From positions 1 to 64,000 of the forward strand of contig NZ_SBIV01000006.1 in assembly GCF_004765795.1 (NCBI RefSeq): a stretch of DNA of 64,000 bases. Direction: 5' to 3'. The notes below the pieces were generated by a model. It was not told the origin of the DNA. It searched no databases and worked only from the letters and a program-made list of their open reading frames with translations. How positions within the stretch are numbered: the stretch's first letter is position 1; each line of letters opens with the position of its first letter. Shown here piece by piece: positions 41,078-51,451 of this stretch. Origin of the DNA: Halorussus marinus (GTDB taxonomy: Archaea > Halobacteriota > Halobacteria > Halobacteriales > Haladaptataceae). The position numbers and the translations under genes were made by a program.

Positions 41078-42209
41078 ATATCAGGCGAAGAGCGTCTTCG
41101 CCGACGCGGGAATCCCGACCCCCGCGTCGACGTTGGCGTCGTCCGTCGACGAGGTCGTCGAGGCCGCCGAGGAGATCGGCTACCCCGTCGCGGTCAAGGC
41201 ACAGGTCCACGTCGGCGGCCGCGGGAAGGCCGGCGGGATCAAGCTCGTCGAGGACCGCGAGGAGGCCGAGGCGGCGGCCGAGGACATCCTCGGGATGGAC
41301 CTCAAAGGCTACACCGTCGAGGAGGTCCTCGTCGAGGCCGCGGTCGACTTCAAAAACGAGCTCTACGTCGGGGTCACGATGGACCGCGGCGAGGGCAAGC
41401 CCGTCGCGATGGTCTCGACCAAGGGCGGGGTCAACATCGAGGAGGTCGCCGAGGAAGACCCCGACGCCATCGCCCGCGAACACGTCGATCCCGCGTTCGG
41501 GATGCACCCCTATCAGGCCCGGAAGGTCGTCTACGACGCCGGCGTCCCGGCGGCGGTCGCCTCCGACGTCGCGTCGGTCCTGCGGACGCTCTTCCAGCTG
41601 TGGGACGATCGGGACGCCAGCGACATCGAGGTCAACCCCCTGATGGTGACCGAGGACGACGAGATCGTCGCCGCCGACGCGGTCATGAACATCGACGACG
41701 ACGCCCTCTTCCGCCAGCAGGAGCTCGCGGAGATGGAAGAAGAGACCTACGAGGACGACCTCGAGCGCAAGGCCGGCGAGTACGGCTTCGACTACGTCCG
41801 GCTCGACGGCAACACGGGCATCATCGGCAACGGCGCGGGGCTCGTGATGACGACCCTCGACCTCGTCGACTACTACGGCGGCTCGCCCGCCAACTTCCTC
41901 GACATCGGGGGCGGCGCGAAGGCCGAGCGCGTGGCAAACGCCCTCGATATGGTGTTCTCCGACGAGAACGTCGACGCCGTCGTGTTCAACATCTTCGGCG
42001 GCATCACCCGGGGCGACGAGGTGGCGAAAGGCATCAACGACGCCCTCGAACAGTTCGACGAGATCCCCAAGCGCGTGGTCGTCCGGCTCGCGGGCACCAA
42101 CGCCGAGGAGGGCCGCGAGATCCTCAACGACGACCTCGTGACGGTCGAGGAGACCCTCGAAGACGCGGTCCAGCGTGCGGTCGAGTACGCCGAGGAGGTA
42201 GAAGCATGA
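41064..42209 (+). CDS. sucC: Succinyl-CoA synthetase beta subunit
   Basis: [50 protein letters not shown]. Confidence 0.98.
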   Translation: MKLHEYQAKSVFADAGIPTPASTLASSVDEVVEAAEEIGYPVAVKAQVHVGGRGKAGGIKLVEDREEAEAAAEDILGMDLKGYTVEEVLVEAAVDFKNELYVGVTMDRGEGKPVAMVSTKGGVNIEEVAEEDPDAIAREHVDPAFGMHPYQARKVVYDAGVPAAVASDVASVLRTLFQLWDDRDASDIEVNPLMVTEDDEIVAADAVMNIDDDALFRQQELAEMEEETYEDDLERKAGEYGFDYVRLDGNTGIIGNGAGLVMTTLDLVDYYGGSPANFLDIGGGAKAERVANALDMVFSDENVDAVVFNIFGGITRGDEVAKGINDALEQFDEIPKRVVVRLAGTNAEEGREILNDDLVTVEETLEDAVQRAVEYAEEVEA

Positions 42210-43075
42210 GTGTGCTAGTCGACGAAGACACCCGAGTTATCGTGCAGGGCATCACCGGTGGGGAAGGCAAGTTCCACACCCAGCAGATGATGGAGTACGG
42301 CACCAACGTCGTCGCCGGCGCGGTGCCGGGCAAGGGCGGCCAGGAGGTCGCGGGCGTGCCCGTCTACGACACGGTCGAGCGCGCCGCAATCGAGGAGGAC
42401 GCCGACGCATCGGTCATCTTCGTCCCGCCGGCGTTCGCGGGCGACGCCGTCTTCGAGGCGCTCGACGCCCCGATCGACCTCGCGGTCGCCATCACCGAGG
42501 GCATCCCCACTCAGGACATGGCGAAGGTGAAAAAGCGCCTCTCGGAGGTCGACACCCGTCTTCTCGGGCCGAACTGCCCGGGCATCATCACCCCCGGCGA
42601 GTCGAAACTCGGCATCCTGCCGGGCAACATCTTCGAGTCCGGTAACGTCGGACTGGTCTCGCGGTCGGGCACCCTCACCTACCAGGTCGTCGACAACCTC
42701 ACCTCGCGGGGCATCGGCCAGACCACCGCGGTCGGCATCGGCGGCGACCCCATCATCGGGACGGACTTCATCGACGCGCTCGAACTGTTCGAGAGCGACC
42801 CCGACACCGACGCGGTCGTGATGTGCGGAGAGATCGGCGGCGAGGACGAGGAGGACGCCGCCGCCTACATCGCCGAGCACATGGACACGCCGGTCGCCGG
42901 CTTCATCGCGGGCCGGACCGCGCCGCCGGGCAAGCGCATGGGCCACGCGGGCGCCATCGTCTCCGGTAGCGGCACCGGCACCGCCGAGAGCAAGATCGAG
43001 GCGCTCAACGACGCGGGCGTCCCCGTCGGCGACACCCCGAACGAAGTCGCCGACCACGTCGAGGACTTCCTGTAG
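42206..43075 (+). CDS. sucD: Succinyl-CoA synthetase alpha subunit
   Basis: [31 protein letters not shown]. Confidence 0.98.
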   Translation: MSVLVDEDTRVIVQGITGGEGKFHTQQMMEYGTNVVAGAVPGKGGQEVAGVPVYDTVERAAIEEDADASVIFVPPAFAGDAVFEALDAPIDLAVAITEGIPTQDMAKVKKRLSEVDTRLLGPNCPGIITPGESKLGILPGNIFESGNVGLVSRSGTLTYQVVDNLTSRGIGQTTAVGIGGDPIIGTDFIDALELFESDPDTDAVVMCGEIGGEDEEDAAAYIAEHMDTPVAGFIAGRTAPPGKRMGHAGAIVSGSGTGTAESKIEALNDAGVPVGDTPNEVADHVEDFL

Positions 43076-43677
43076 CTACGCCGGCGAGTCGGCGGCGCCG
43101 TCGTCCCCCGAGGGGACGGCCGACCCGTCCGGTTCGACTCTCTTGGTCCATTTTTTCTCGACGGCGCTGTTGGCGACGACGACGACGTCGCCCGACTCGG
43201 TCTCGAATCGGCTCTTCCGGAGTTCGATGGTCCGGACGGTCCCGGTCACGTCGCCGGCGACCACCCTGTCGCCGGGAGCGAAATCGGGGTCTCGAAGGAG
43301 GTAGACGCCCGCGACGGTGTCGGCGAGCATGTTCGATAGCGCGTAGCTCACTCCGAGCGCGACGAACCCCGTCGCGGTGCCGAGGCTGGCGGCGATCTCG
43401 CCCATCCCGAGAATCTTCAGGAGCGCGAGCACGACGCCGAACCACAGGAAGACGCTCACGACGGTCCGAACAGCCCGGCGACGAGCTCGTCGTCGCCCGA
43501 GTACAGCCGATCGAGCGATCCCCTGACCAGCCCCATGACGAGCTTGATGGCGACGTACGCGGCCACGAGAAACAGTACCGCGGTCGCGAGCCTCGGAATC
43601 GCCTCGACGAACGTCGATCTGAGCTCCCGTATCGACGCCGCGAGGACGCCGGATAGGTCCGCCTGTCGGGGTCCCAT
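43076..43677 (-). pseudogene. MscS-family mechanosensitive channel, frameshifted near 43467
   Basis: N-terminal part (43456-43677) and C-terminal part (SLGTATGFVALG...DFAPGDRV...VVANS) lie in different frames. Confidence 0.8.
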
Positions 43678-43725
43678 AGCCGTGACACAAACGCGGAGGT
43701 GCCAAGAAGCTTCGGTCGGGTCGCG

Positions 43726-43950
43726 TCAGCGGGCGTCTTCGAGACCGACGAAGGCGTCGTCGCTCGCGGTGAGCCACGTCGACATGCGATCGACGCCCGA
43801 GAGGCCGCGGGGAAAGACCGTTCGTCGGTCCGGGCGGTCGTCGTACGAAACGACCACGGAGTCGAGGGCGGGATCGAGGCGATCGCCGGCGGCGGATCGC
43901 GACTCGTCGGGGCGGTCCGATTCGGTTCGGATATCGGGTTCGTTGCTCAT
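43726..43950 (-). CDS. Small haloarchaeal hypothetical protein
   Basis: 74 aa, 'PDRRTVFP...MSTWLTA' pattern. Confidence 0.7.
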   Translation of the reverse strand: MSNEPDIRTESDRPDESRSAAGDRLDPALDSVVVSYDDRPDRRTVFPRGLSGVDRMSTWLTASDDAFVGLEDAR

Positions 43951-44071
43951 GGTAGTCCGACCGCATCTATCGGTACCGCCCCGAGTGATTAAGCGTTTTC
44001 TATGAGAAATATATAGCGGTACCCGTCTCTCGGGACGGCTCCCCGTTCGCTCGCGGGCGAGTCCCCTCACC

Positions 44072-44419
44072 TCACAGCCACTCGTCGGCCCACTCCTCGA
44101 TCTCGTCGAAGACGGGACACAGCGACCGGCCCTTCTCGGTGAGACTGTAGTAGGTCGCGACCGGAGCGTCTTCCTCCAGTCGCCGGGTCACGAAGCCCGT
44201 CTCCTGGAGGTCGTCGAGCACCCGCGAGAGGGTCCGGGAACTCGCGTCGGTCGAACGCTTGAGTTCGTTGAACCGCTTTTCGCCGTCCTGGAGGTCGTGG
44301 AGCACGATGAGCCGCCACGTCGAGCCGATCTGCTCGATCGAGTCGATAACCGAACACGCGCTCTCGCTGTACTCGTCGTCGGAGTCGAGATCGTTAGACT
44401 GCTGGTCGCCTACTGCCAT
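44072..44419 (-). CDS. HxlR-family transcriptional regulator
   Basis: ACSV...IGSTWRLIVL...RFNELKR...YSLTEKG. Confidence 0.92.
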   Translation of the reverse strand: MAVGDQQSNDLDSDDEYSESACSVIDSIEQIGSTWRLIVLHDLQDGEKRFNELKRSTDASSRTLSRVLDDLQETGFVTRRLEEDAPVATYYSLTEKGRSLCPVFDEIEEWADEWL

Positions 44420-44628
44420 GATCGAGTCGAGGCGCTCGCGGCCCATATAGGTTCCTCTTCGAATCAGGTAACACGGTGAAACTGGCGACCGGCGCGGGCG
44501 ACGGCCGGATAACACGGGTGCCACCCGGTGACGCGGGCGTCCGCGAGCGCCTAAGTGGTTCAAGACCGAAGCAGGTATCACAGAGACACTGGCACCGCGT
44601 CACGCCGGCGCCAGTCTCCCCACGCACC

Positions 44629-45576
44629 ATGACCCACAACGTCAACGGCATCCACCACGTCACGGCGATCGCGAGCGATCCGCGAGCCAACGCACAGTTC
44701 TACACCGAGGTCCTCGGCCTCCGCCTCGTCAAGCGGACGGTGAACTTCGACGACACCTCGACGTACCACCTCTACTACGGCGACGAGACCGGGACGCCCG
44801 GCACCGTCCTGACGTTCTTCCCGTTCGGCGGCGGCCGGCGCGGCCGGCCCGGACGCGGGCAGGCGACCGCGACCGCGTTCGTCGTGCCCGAGGGGTCGCT
44901 CGACTACTGGGCCGACCGACTCGACGCCGAGGGCCTCGACGTCGGGGCGCCCACCGAGCGGTTCGGCGAGGCGGTCCTGCCGTTCGCCGACCCCGACGGC
45001 CAGCCCCTCGAACTCGTCGCGGGCGAGTCCGACGTCGCGCCGTGGAGCGGCGGGCCGATCCCGGACGAGCACGCGATCCGGGGCTTCCACGGGGTGACGC
45101 TCCACTCGGCCGACCCGGAAGTGACCGGGTCGGTGCTCGAAGCGATGGGCTACGAGTCCGACGGCGAGGACGGCGACCGGCGTCGGTACCGGACGGCGGG
45201 CGAGCGCGCGACAGTCGTCGACCTCCGGACCGACGACCGCGGCCCCCGCGGCGAGCCCGGCGTCGGCACGGTCCACCACGTCGCCTTCCGGACGCCGGAC
45301 GAGGAGTCCCAGTCGGCGTGGCGCGATCGCCTCTCGGAGATCGGGCTGTCGGTGACCTCCCAGAAGGATCGTCGGTACTTCCGGTCGATCTACGTCCGCG
45401 AGCCCGGCGGCGTGCTGTTCGAGATCGCCACCGACGGCCCGGGGTTCACCCGCGACGAGTCGGTCGCGGAGCTCGGTAGCGACCTCAAGCTCCCCGAGTG
45501 GCTCGAAGCCGACCGTGAGCGCATCGAGGCCGGGCTCGCCGACCTCGACGCCGCCGACCCGCAGGAGGCCGACTGA
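44629..45576 (+). CDS. Ring-cleaving dioxygenase (VOC, MhqO/PcpA-like)
   Basis: GIHHVTA, KRTVNFDD, GTVHHVAFR, DRRYFRSIY.REPGG.LFEIATD.PGF. Confidence 0.93.
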   Translation: MTHNVNGIHHVTAIASDPRANAQFYTEVLGLRLVKRTVNFDDTSTYHLYYGDETGTPGTVLTFFPFGGGRRGRPGRGQATATAFVVPEGSLDYWADRLDAEGLDVGAPTERFGEAVLPFADPDGQPLELVAGESDVAPWSGGPIPDEHAIRGFHGVTLHSADPEVTGSVLEAMGYESDGEDGDRRRYRTAGERATVVDLRTDDRGPRGEPGVGTVHHVAFRTPDEESQSAWRDRLSEIGLSVTSQKDRRYFRSIYVREPGGVLFEIATDGPGFTRDESVAELGSDLKLPEWLEADRERIEAGLADLDAADPQEAD

Positions 45577-45577
45577 G

Positions 45578-46219
45578 ATGGCGGGACCCCATCAGGGCCA
45601 GCCGGTCGCGGCGGCCGGTCCCGACCCCGAGGACGCCGCGGCGGGCGCCGTGCTGGTCCACGGTCGCGGCGCGCGCGCTCGGAGCATCCTCGGGATGGCC
45701 GGGGAGTTCGGCGTCGAGGACGTCGCCTACCTCGCGCCACAGGCCCGGCGCGGAAGCTGGTACCCCAACTCGTTCATGGAGCCGATGGACTCGAACGAGC
45801 CGGGACTCTCCTCTGCGCTCCGGGCGGTCGCCGACGCCCTCGAAACGCTCACCGACGCCGGCATCCCTCGCGAGCGCATCCTCCTGCTCGGCTTCTCGCA
45901 GGGGGCCTGTCTCGCCAGCGAGTTCGTCGCGCGCAACGCCGGGCGGTACGGCGGACTCGCGGCGTACAGCGGCGGCGTCATCGGCCCGGAGGGGACGCCC
46001 CGGGATTACGACGGCTCGCTCGACGGGACGCCCGTCTTCCTGGGATGTAGCGATCGGGACCCCCACATCCCGCTCGAACGCGTCCACGAGACAGCCGACG
46101 TGTTCGAGGAGCTGGACGGCGACGTGACCGAGCGCATCTACGAGGGGATGGGCCACACGGTCAACGACGAGGAGATCGCGTTCGTCGCCGACCTGCTCGC
46201 GGATCTGGTCGCCGAATAG
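45578..46219 (+). CDS. Phospholipase/carboxylesterase (alpha/beta hydrolase)
   Basis: HGRG, GFSQG, D-P-H-I, MGH. Confidence 0.92.
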   Translation: MAGPHQGQPVAAAGPDPEDAAAGAVLVHGRGARARSILGMAGEFGVEDVAYLAPQARRGSWYPNSFMEPMDSNEPGLSSALRAVADALETLTDAGIPRERILLLGFSQGACLASEFVARNAGRYGGLAAYSGGVIGPEGTPRDYDGSLDGTPVFLGCSDRDPHIPLERVHETADVFEELDGDVTERIYEGMGHTVNDEEIAFVADLLADLVAE

Positions 46220-46239
46220 CGCCGGTCCGGTTCCGACGG

Positions 46240-47253
46240 TCACAGCACCGCGTCGAGAACGTCGCTCGCGCCGGCCCGCCGGACCACGGCCCGGACGACG
46301 TCCTGTGCGCCCGCGAGGTTGTCCGAGTCGCCGTCCAGCACGAGGAGCTTCGCGGGCCGGCCCTCCTCGATCAGCCCGGCGTCGAGGCCCGCGATCTCCG
46401 CGCCGTTGCGCGTCGCCATCCTGAGCACCTCGCGGGCGCTCAAGTCGGCGAGCTTGGCGGCGAACTCCATCTCGCGGAACATCGACGGGCTGTTCAGCAT
46501 CACGTTGTCGGTCCCCAGCGCGACGGTCGTCCGCTCGGCGAGGTCGCGGATCGGCGGGACGCCGACGCCGGTGACGAGGTTCGAGCGCGGACAGACCACC
46601 ACCGGGATCTCGCTGTCGGCGACTCGGTCGAGGTGGAGCGACTCGGGGTGGACCATGTGGACGAGGAAGTCGGGGGCGAGGTCGAGCGCGGGGTTGATGT
46701 CGGTGGCGTCGCGCTCGCCGGCGTGGATGCCAAACAGCTTGCCTGCCCGGTCGGTCGCGGTGCGCTCGCGGCCGAACTCGGCGTCGCGGGCGCCGCTCGC
46801 GCCGAAGCCGTCGGCGGCCTCCATCGCCTCGACGGTCTCCCGGCCCAGGATGACGGGGTCGACGGCCAGCCGCTCGGCGGCCTCCCGGAGCGCGTAGACG
46901 CCCTCGACGCCGCCCTCCCGGAACTCGAGGAACGAGGCGGTGCCGGTCTGCTCCATGAACCGGATCGACCGCCGCATCGCCGCGACCTTCTCCTCGCGGG
47001 AGGCCTGCCGGAGCAGTCGGTGTTTCAGTCCGTCGGGCGGCGCGACCAGTTCGTCGAGGTCCAGCCCGCCGCCGGCCTCCTTGGCGATCGAGTCGCCGAT
47101 GTGAGTGTGGGCGTTGACGAACGCCGGGAGGATCACCTTCGAGGACTCGACCGACTCTTCTTCGACCGCGACGATCTCGCCGTCCTCGGCGACGACCCGT
47201 CCCTCGACGGGCTCGAACTCGGGGCCGCGCAGGACGGTACCCTCCACGATCAT
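46240..47253 (-). CDS. Amidohydrolase family protein
   Basis: NAHTHIGD, IHAGE, VHMVH, CPRSN, LGTDN. Confidence 0.9.
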   Translation of the reverse strand: MIVEGTVLRGPEFEPVEGRVVAEDGEIVAVEEESVESSKVILPAFVNAHTHIGDSIAKEAGGGLDLDELVAPPDGLKHRLLRQASREEKVAAMRRSIRFMEQTGTASFLEFREGGVEGVYALREAAERLAVDPVILGRETVEAMEAADGFGASGARDAEFGRERTATDRAGKLFGIHAGERDATDINPALDLAPDFLVHMVHPESLHLDRVADSEIPVVVCPRSNLVTGVGVPPIRDLAERTTVALGTDNVMLNSPSMFREMEFAAKLADLSAREVLRMATRNGAEIAGLDAGLIEEGRPAKLLVLDGDSDNLAGAQDVVRAVVRRAGASDVLDAVL

Positions 47254-47467
47254 AGTCGAGGATTATCGGGCGGGGCCTTCAATTCCGCTATTCGTTCACG
47301 GGGCTCTCGCCGTGCGATGTTCCCGACGAAGCGGACTACAGGTCGCGCCTGCGCTCGGCGACACAAACCACGGAACACACCGCATTCCGCCGCGACCGAC
47401 CGAAGGGAGAGCGGACCGAGGAGCCGTCGAACGAGCACCGAAGGTGCTCGTGAGGCGGTGACGACGT

Positions 47468-47528
47468 GTTTTTCATCGACGTTTTGCAAGGGCGCGCCGC
47501 TCGGGGCGCGCCCGCTGCAAAAGGTCGT
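47468..47528 (-). repeat. REP-like palindromic intergenic repeat (copy A)
   Basis: Minus strand CGACCTTTT-hairpin-GCCCTTGCAAAACGTCGATGAAAAAC, directly after the HD gene stop. Confidence 0.7.
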
Positions 47529-47529
47529 C

Positions 47530-48753
47530 TCAGAACTCGTCCAGCGTCGTCGGCGTCCCCCGGGTCCGGATCTCGCTGACGAGCGCGCCGTCGGTCTCCA
47601 GTTCGAGCACCGACTCGGCGGCCCGTCCGACCGACTCGGTCGCATCGGCGGGGGCGTACACGCCGAGGCGCCACTGCTCGCGCTGGACCCGTCGGAGCGC
47701 CGAGACCAGCGCCGACTGCCGGCCGAGCCCCCGGGTCTCGCCGTTGACGATGACCCGGGTCGAGGACTCGGTCATGCTCGGTCGGTCGAGCACGTCGACG
47801 ATGACCTCGCGGTCGTCGACGCCGGCCTCGGCCGCGATCTCGGCCTCGTAGTCGCGGATGTCGTCGTGGCCGGCGTCGACGACCGACTCGGGCACGTCGC
47901 GCATCTCGGCCCACACCGCCCGCTTGTAGAGGTCCCGATGGCCGAGCCGCCGGGCGAACTCCCGGGTGCCGTCGGCGCGCCGGAGCGCGGCGAACAGGTC
48001 GTGGTCGTCCATCCGGCGGAGCTCGGCGGGGGTCGTCTCGCCGTCGGCGAGCAGGCGCTGGCTGGCCCGCTGGAGCATCCCGCGACAGATCCGGGTGACG
48101 TGGTGGTTGTAGACGGTCGGGTTCATCAGCGCCCGCGCCAAAAGCAGGCTCTCGGCGGTCGGGACGTTGCCCTCGTCGAGCACGAGCTCGCCGTCGATGA
48201 GCGTGAGCTCCCGGACCAGCCGGGCGTGGTCGATGGTGCCGTAGGGGACGCCGGTGTGGTGGGCGTCCCGGACGAGGTAGTCCATCCGGTCGACGTCGAG
48301 TTCGCCGGCGACGATCTGGCCCAGCTTTCGCTCGCCTGCGACGAGGTCCGCGACCGCCCCGGGGTCGAGGTCGTGGTCGCGGAGCACCTCGCCGACCGCG
48401 TTCTCCGCGAGCAGATCGTGGACGTCGTCGTGGTACTTCCCGGTGTGGCGGTGGATGACCGCCTCGATGGTGTGGCTGTACGGCCCGTGGCCGACGTCGT
48501 GGAGGATGGCGGCCGCTTTCACCCGCTCGGCACGCGCGCCCTCGATGCCGAGGTGGTCGAGCGCCTCGCAGGCCAGATAGTAGACGCCGAGGCTGTGCTC
48601 GAACCGGGTGTGGTTCGCAGAGGGGTAGACGAGGTGGGCGGGACCCAGCTGCTTGATGCGCCGGAGCCGCTGGACTGCGGGCGTGTCGAGCAACGCCCGG
48701 GCCACGCCCTCGACCTCGATGTGGTCGTGGACGCTGTCCTTGATCGTCTTCAT
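47530..48753 (-). CDS. HD-domain phosphohydrolase (dNTPase-like)
   Basis: QRLRRIKQLG, HTRFEHSLG, LHDVGHGPYSH, DVDRMDYLVRD. Confidence 0.93.
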   Translation of the reverse strand: MKTIKDSVHDHIEVEGVARALLDTPAVQRLRRIKQLGPAHLVYPSANHTRFEHSLGVYYLACEALDHLGIEGARAERVKAAAILHDVGHGPYSHTIEAVIHRHTGKYHDDVHDLLAENAVGEVLRDHDLDPGAVADLVAGERKLGQIVAGELDVDRMDYLVRDAHHTGVPYGTIDHARLVRELTLIDGELVLDEGNVPTAESLLLARALMNPTVYNHHVTRICRGMLQRASQRLLADGETTPAELRRMDDHDLFAALRRADGTREFARRLGHRDLYKRAVWAEMRDVPESVVDAGHDDIRDYEAEIAAEAGVDDREVIVDVLDRPSMTESSTRVIVNGETRGLGRQSALVSALRRVQREQWRLGVYAPADATESVGRAAESVLELETDGALVSEIRTRGTPTTLDEF

Positions 48754-48843
48754 GCCCCCGGATTCGGCGGCTTCGTATAAAAACAGACGGACGCGGGCGC
48801 CGACAGCGCAAGCATTTACCCGTCCGAAGACGCACGTCGGGGT

Positions 48844-49851
48844 ATGACGACGTTTCTCTCCGGGGGCACCGGGACCCCGAAGCTCCTCGCCGGCGCCGAG
48901 TCGGTGTTCGACCCGGCGGCGGTCACCGTGGTCGCCAACACCGGCGACGACGTGGAGCTCGGGGGCCACCTGGTCTCTCCCGACGTCGACACCGTCCTGT
49001 TCGAGCAGGGCGACGTGCTCGACCGCGATCGGTGGTGGGGCATCGCAGACGACACGACCGAGACCCACGAGGAACTGGCCACCCTCGCGGAGGCGGCCGG
49101 CCTCGAATCGGGGCCGCGCTACCTGCCCGACGAGGCCCAGACCGCGGGCCGGGAGATCGCGCGCTGGCGGCGCTTCTCCGGGGTCGCGGAGTTCATGGAG
49201 ATCGGCGACCGCGACCGGGCGGTCCACCTCACCCGGACGGGGTTGCTCGACGAGGGCCACACGCTGACCGAGGCCACTCGGCGGCTCTGCGAGGCGTTCG
49301 ACGTGCCCGTGGACGTGGTGCCGATGAGCGACGATCCGGTCGCGAGCATCGTCCACACCACCGACGCGAGCGACTACCCCGACGAACTCCACTTCCAGTC
49401 GTTCTGGGTCGCCCACCGAGCGGCCCCGCCGGTCGACGACGTGGAGTTCCGCGGGGCCGACCGGGCCGAGCCGTCGCCGGCCGCGCTCGGGGCGATCGAG
49501 GAAGGCCCGGTCGTCGTCGGCCCCTCGAACCCCGTGACGAGCATCGGCCCGATGGTCGCCATCGACCGCCTGCGCGAGGCGCTCGACGAGACCACCGTCG
49601 TGGCCGTCTCGCCGTTCGTCGAGGACGAGGTGTTCTCCGGCCCGGCCGCGAAGCTGATGGAGGCCGTCGGCTACGAGCCCTCGACGCGGGGCGTCGCGGC
49701 GGCCTACCCGTTCGCGGACGCGTTCGTGCTCGACGAGGCCGACGGCACCGACCTCGACCGGCCGGTCGTCAGGACCGACACCGAGATGAACGACGAGGCC
49801 GACGCCGAGCGGGTCGCCCGCGCCGTCGCCGACGCGCTGGAGGTGGCCTGA
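48844..49851 (+). CDS. cofD: 2-phospho-L-lactate transferase (F420 biosynthesis)
   Basis: [48 protein letters not shown]. Confidence 0.95.
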   Translation: MTTFLSGGTGTPKLLAGAESVFDPAAVTVVANTGDDVELGGHLVSPDVDTVLFEQGDVLDRDRWWGIADDTTETHEELATLAEAAGLESGPRYLPDEAQTAGREIARWRRFSGVAEFMEIGDRDRAVHLTRTGLLDEGHTLTEATRRLCEAFDVPVDVVPMSDDPVASIVHTTDASDYPDELHFQSFWVAHRAAPPVDDVEFRGADRAEPSPAALGAIEEGPVVVGPSNPVTSIGPMVAIDRLREALDETTVVAVSPFVEDEVFSGPAAKLMEAVGYEPSTRGVAAAYPFADAFVLDEADGTDLDRPVVRTDTEMNDEADAERVARAVADALEVA

Positions 49852-50618
49852 TGTTCGAGCCCCGCGTCGCGCTCGCCAGCCTCAGCGGGCGGTCGGACGC
49901 CGCGTGGGCTCGCGCCGGCGAGTCGTTCGCTGGCGCGGCTTTCCTCGGCGGGATCGCGCTCGACGACCCGACCCGCGAGGCGGCCCGCCGGCTGGTCGCC
50001 CGGGACCGCGAGGAGTTTCTGCCCGACGATCCGGTGGCGTTCGTCGCCGACCAGCTCGACGACCTCGCGGACGCCGACCTCCGGCCCGGCGTCAACGTCC
50101 GGACGAGTTCGCTCGGCCCGCTTCGGGCGGTCGCCCGCGCCTGCGCCGACCGCGGGGCCGTCCTCGAACTCAACGCCCACTGTCGACAGGACGAGATGTG
50201 CGCCGCGGGCGCCGGCGAGGCGCTCCTCCGCGACCCCGACCGGCTGGCCGAGCAGGTTCGCGCCGCGGCCGCGGAGGGCGCCGCCGTGAGCGTGAAGGTC
50301 CGGGCCGAACTCCCGGACGTGGCCCTCCCGGCGGTCGCCCGGACGATCGCCGACGCCGGCGCCGACGCGGTCCACGTCGACGCGATGGACTCCGAGGGCG
50401 TGGTCGCCGAGGTCGCCGACGCCGCCGACCTGTTCGTGATCGCGAACAACGGCGTCCGCGACGAGGCCACCGTCCGGGAGTATCTGGCCTGCGGCGCCGA
50501 CGCGGTGAGTGTCGGGCGACCGAGCGACGATCCCCGCGTCCTCCGGCGCGTGCGGGCGGCGACCGCGTCGTGGTTCGCCGACGAACGCCCCGTCGACCGC
50601 GAGGGGGTGGCGCCGTGA
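49851..50618 (+). CDS. Dihydrouridine-synthase-like FMN TIM-barrel protein
   Basis: ELNAHCRQ.EM...GAGEALL, SVKVR, HVDAM, IANNGV. Confidence 0.85.
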   Translation: MFEPRVALASLSGRSDAAWARAGESFAGAAFLGGIALDDPTREAARRLVARDREEFLPDDPVAFVADQLDDLADADLRPGVNVRTSSLGPLRAVARACADRGAVLELNAHCRQDEMCAAGAGEALLRDPDRLAEQVRAAAAEGAAVSVKVRAELPDVALPAVARTIADAGADAVHVDAMDSEGVVAEVADAADLFVIANNGVRDEATVREYLACGADAVSVGRPSDDPRVLRRVRAATASWFADERPVDREGVAP

Positions 50619-51451
50619 CCCCCTCCGAGCACGCCCAGCTCGCGCTCTTGCTGGAGGTGGCGGGCACGCCCAAGCCCGGCAACGTCGACCGGGAGCGCGA
50701 CCTCCCGGACCTCCGGTTCGAGCACTTCCTCGCCGGGACCGTGGGCGCCGGCGAGGGACTCCGGTCGGCCGCCGACGGCGCGCCGGTCGGCGAGGCGTTC
50801 GAGCGGGCGGTCGAGGGGATGAGCCGCCAGTCTGGGGGCAACACGCAGTTCGGCGCACTACTGTTGCTCGTCCCGCTCGTCAGGGCCGCGGCGGCCGACG
50901 ATCTCTCGCCGGACGGCGCGACTCGCGTCGTCGAGGACACGACGGTCGAGGACGCCGCGAACTTCTACCGGGCGTTCGACCACGTCGACGTGTTCGTCGG
51001 CGACCCGCCCGAGGACGCCGACGCGCTCGACGTGCGCCGGGGGTCCGATGCGGTGCCGGCGGTCCGCGAGCGTGAGCTGTCACTGTACGACGTGCTCGCG
51101 CTGGGGGACGACGACGATGACGTGGCGGCCGAGTGGACCGGCGGCTTCGAGCGCACCTTCTGGGCGGCCGACCGGCTCGCGGACTTCGAGGGGCCGGCGT
51201 CGGGCCGGGCCGCGCGGGTCTACCTCGAACTCCTCGCGCGCGAACCCGACACCCTCGTCGCGACCAAGCACGGCCGGAAAGCCGCAGAGAGCGTCCGGGT
51301 TCGGGCGCAGGAGGCGCTCGAAGGCGGGCCGGCGGTCGTCGAGGCGTTCGCCGAGTCGCTGGTCGCCGACGGGATCAATCCGGGCACGACCGCAGACGTC
51401 ACCGCGGCGGCGCTGTTCGTCGCGCTCGCGCGCGGAGAGGTGTCGGTGTGA
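50615..51451 (+). CDS. Triphosphoribosyl-dephospho-CoA synthase (CitG) family protein
   Basis: LLEV..PKPGNV, GNTQFG, NPGTTAD. Confidence 0.9.
   Translation: MTPSEHAQLALLLEVAGTPKPGNVDRERDLPDLRFEHFLAGTVGAGEGLRSAADGAPVGEAFERAVEGMSRQSGGNTQFGALLLLVPLVRAAAADDLSPDGATRVVEDTTVEDAANFYRAFDHVDVFVGDPPEDADALDVRRGSDAVPAVRERELSLYDVLALGDDDDDVAAEWTGGFERTFWAADRLADFEGPASGRAARVYLELLAREPDTLVATKHGRKAAESVRVRAQEALEGGPAVVEAFAESLVADGINPGTTADVTAAALFVALARGEVSV

Noticed and set aside
41051..42205. 674-aa ORF as a fusion with SucD
   Set aside because: The 5' part is an off-frame shadow of sucC; real sucD starts at ATG 42206 after a GGAGG
44450..44472. Palindrome as the HxlR operator
   Set aside because: Symmetry around TTCGAA is too imperfect to support without comparative data
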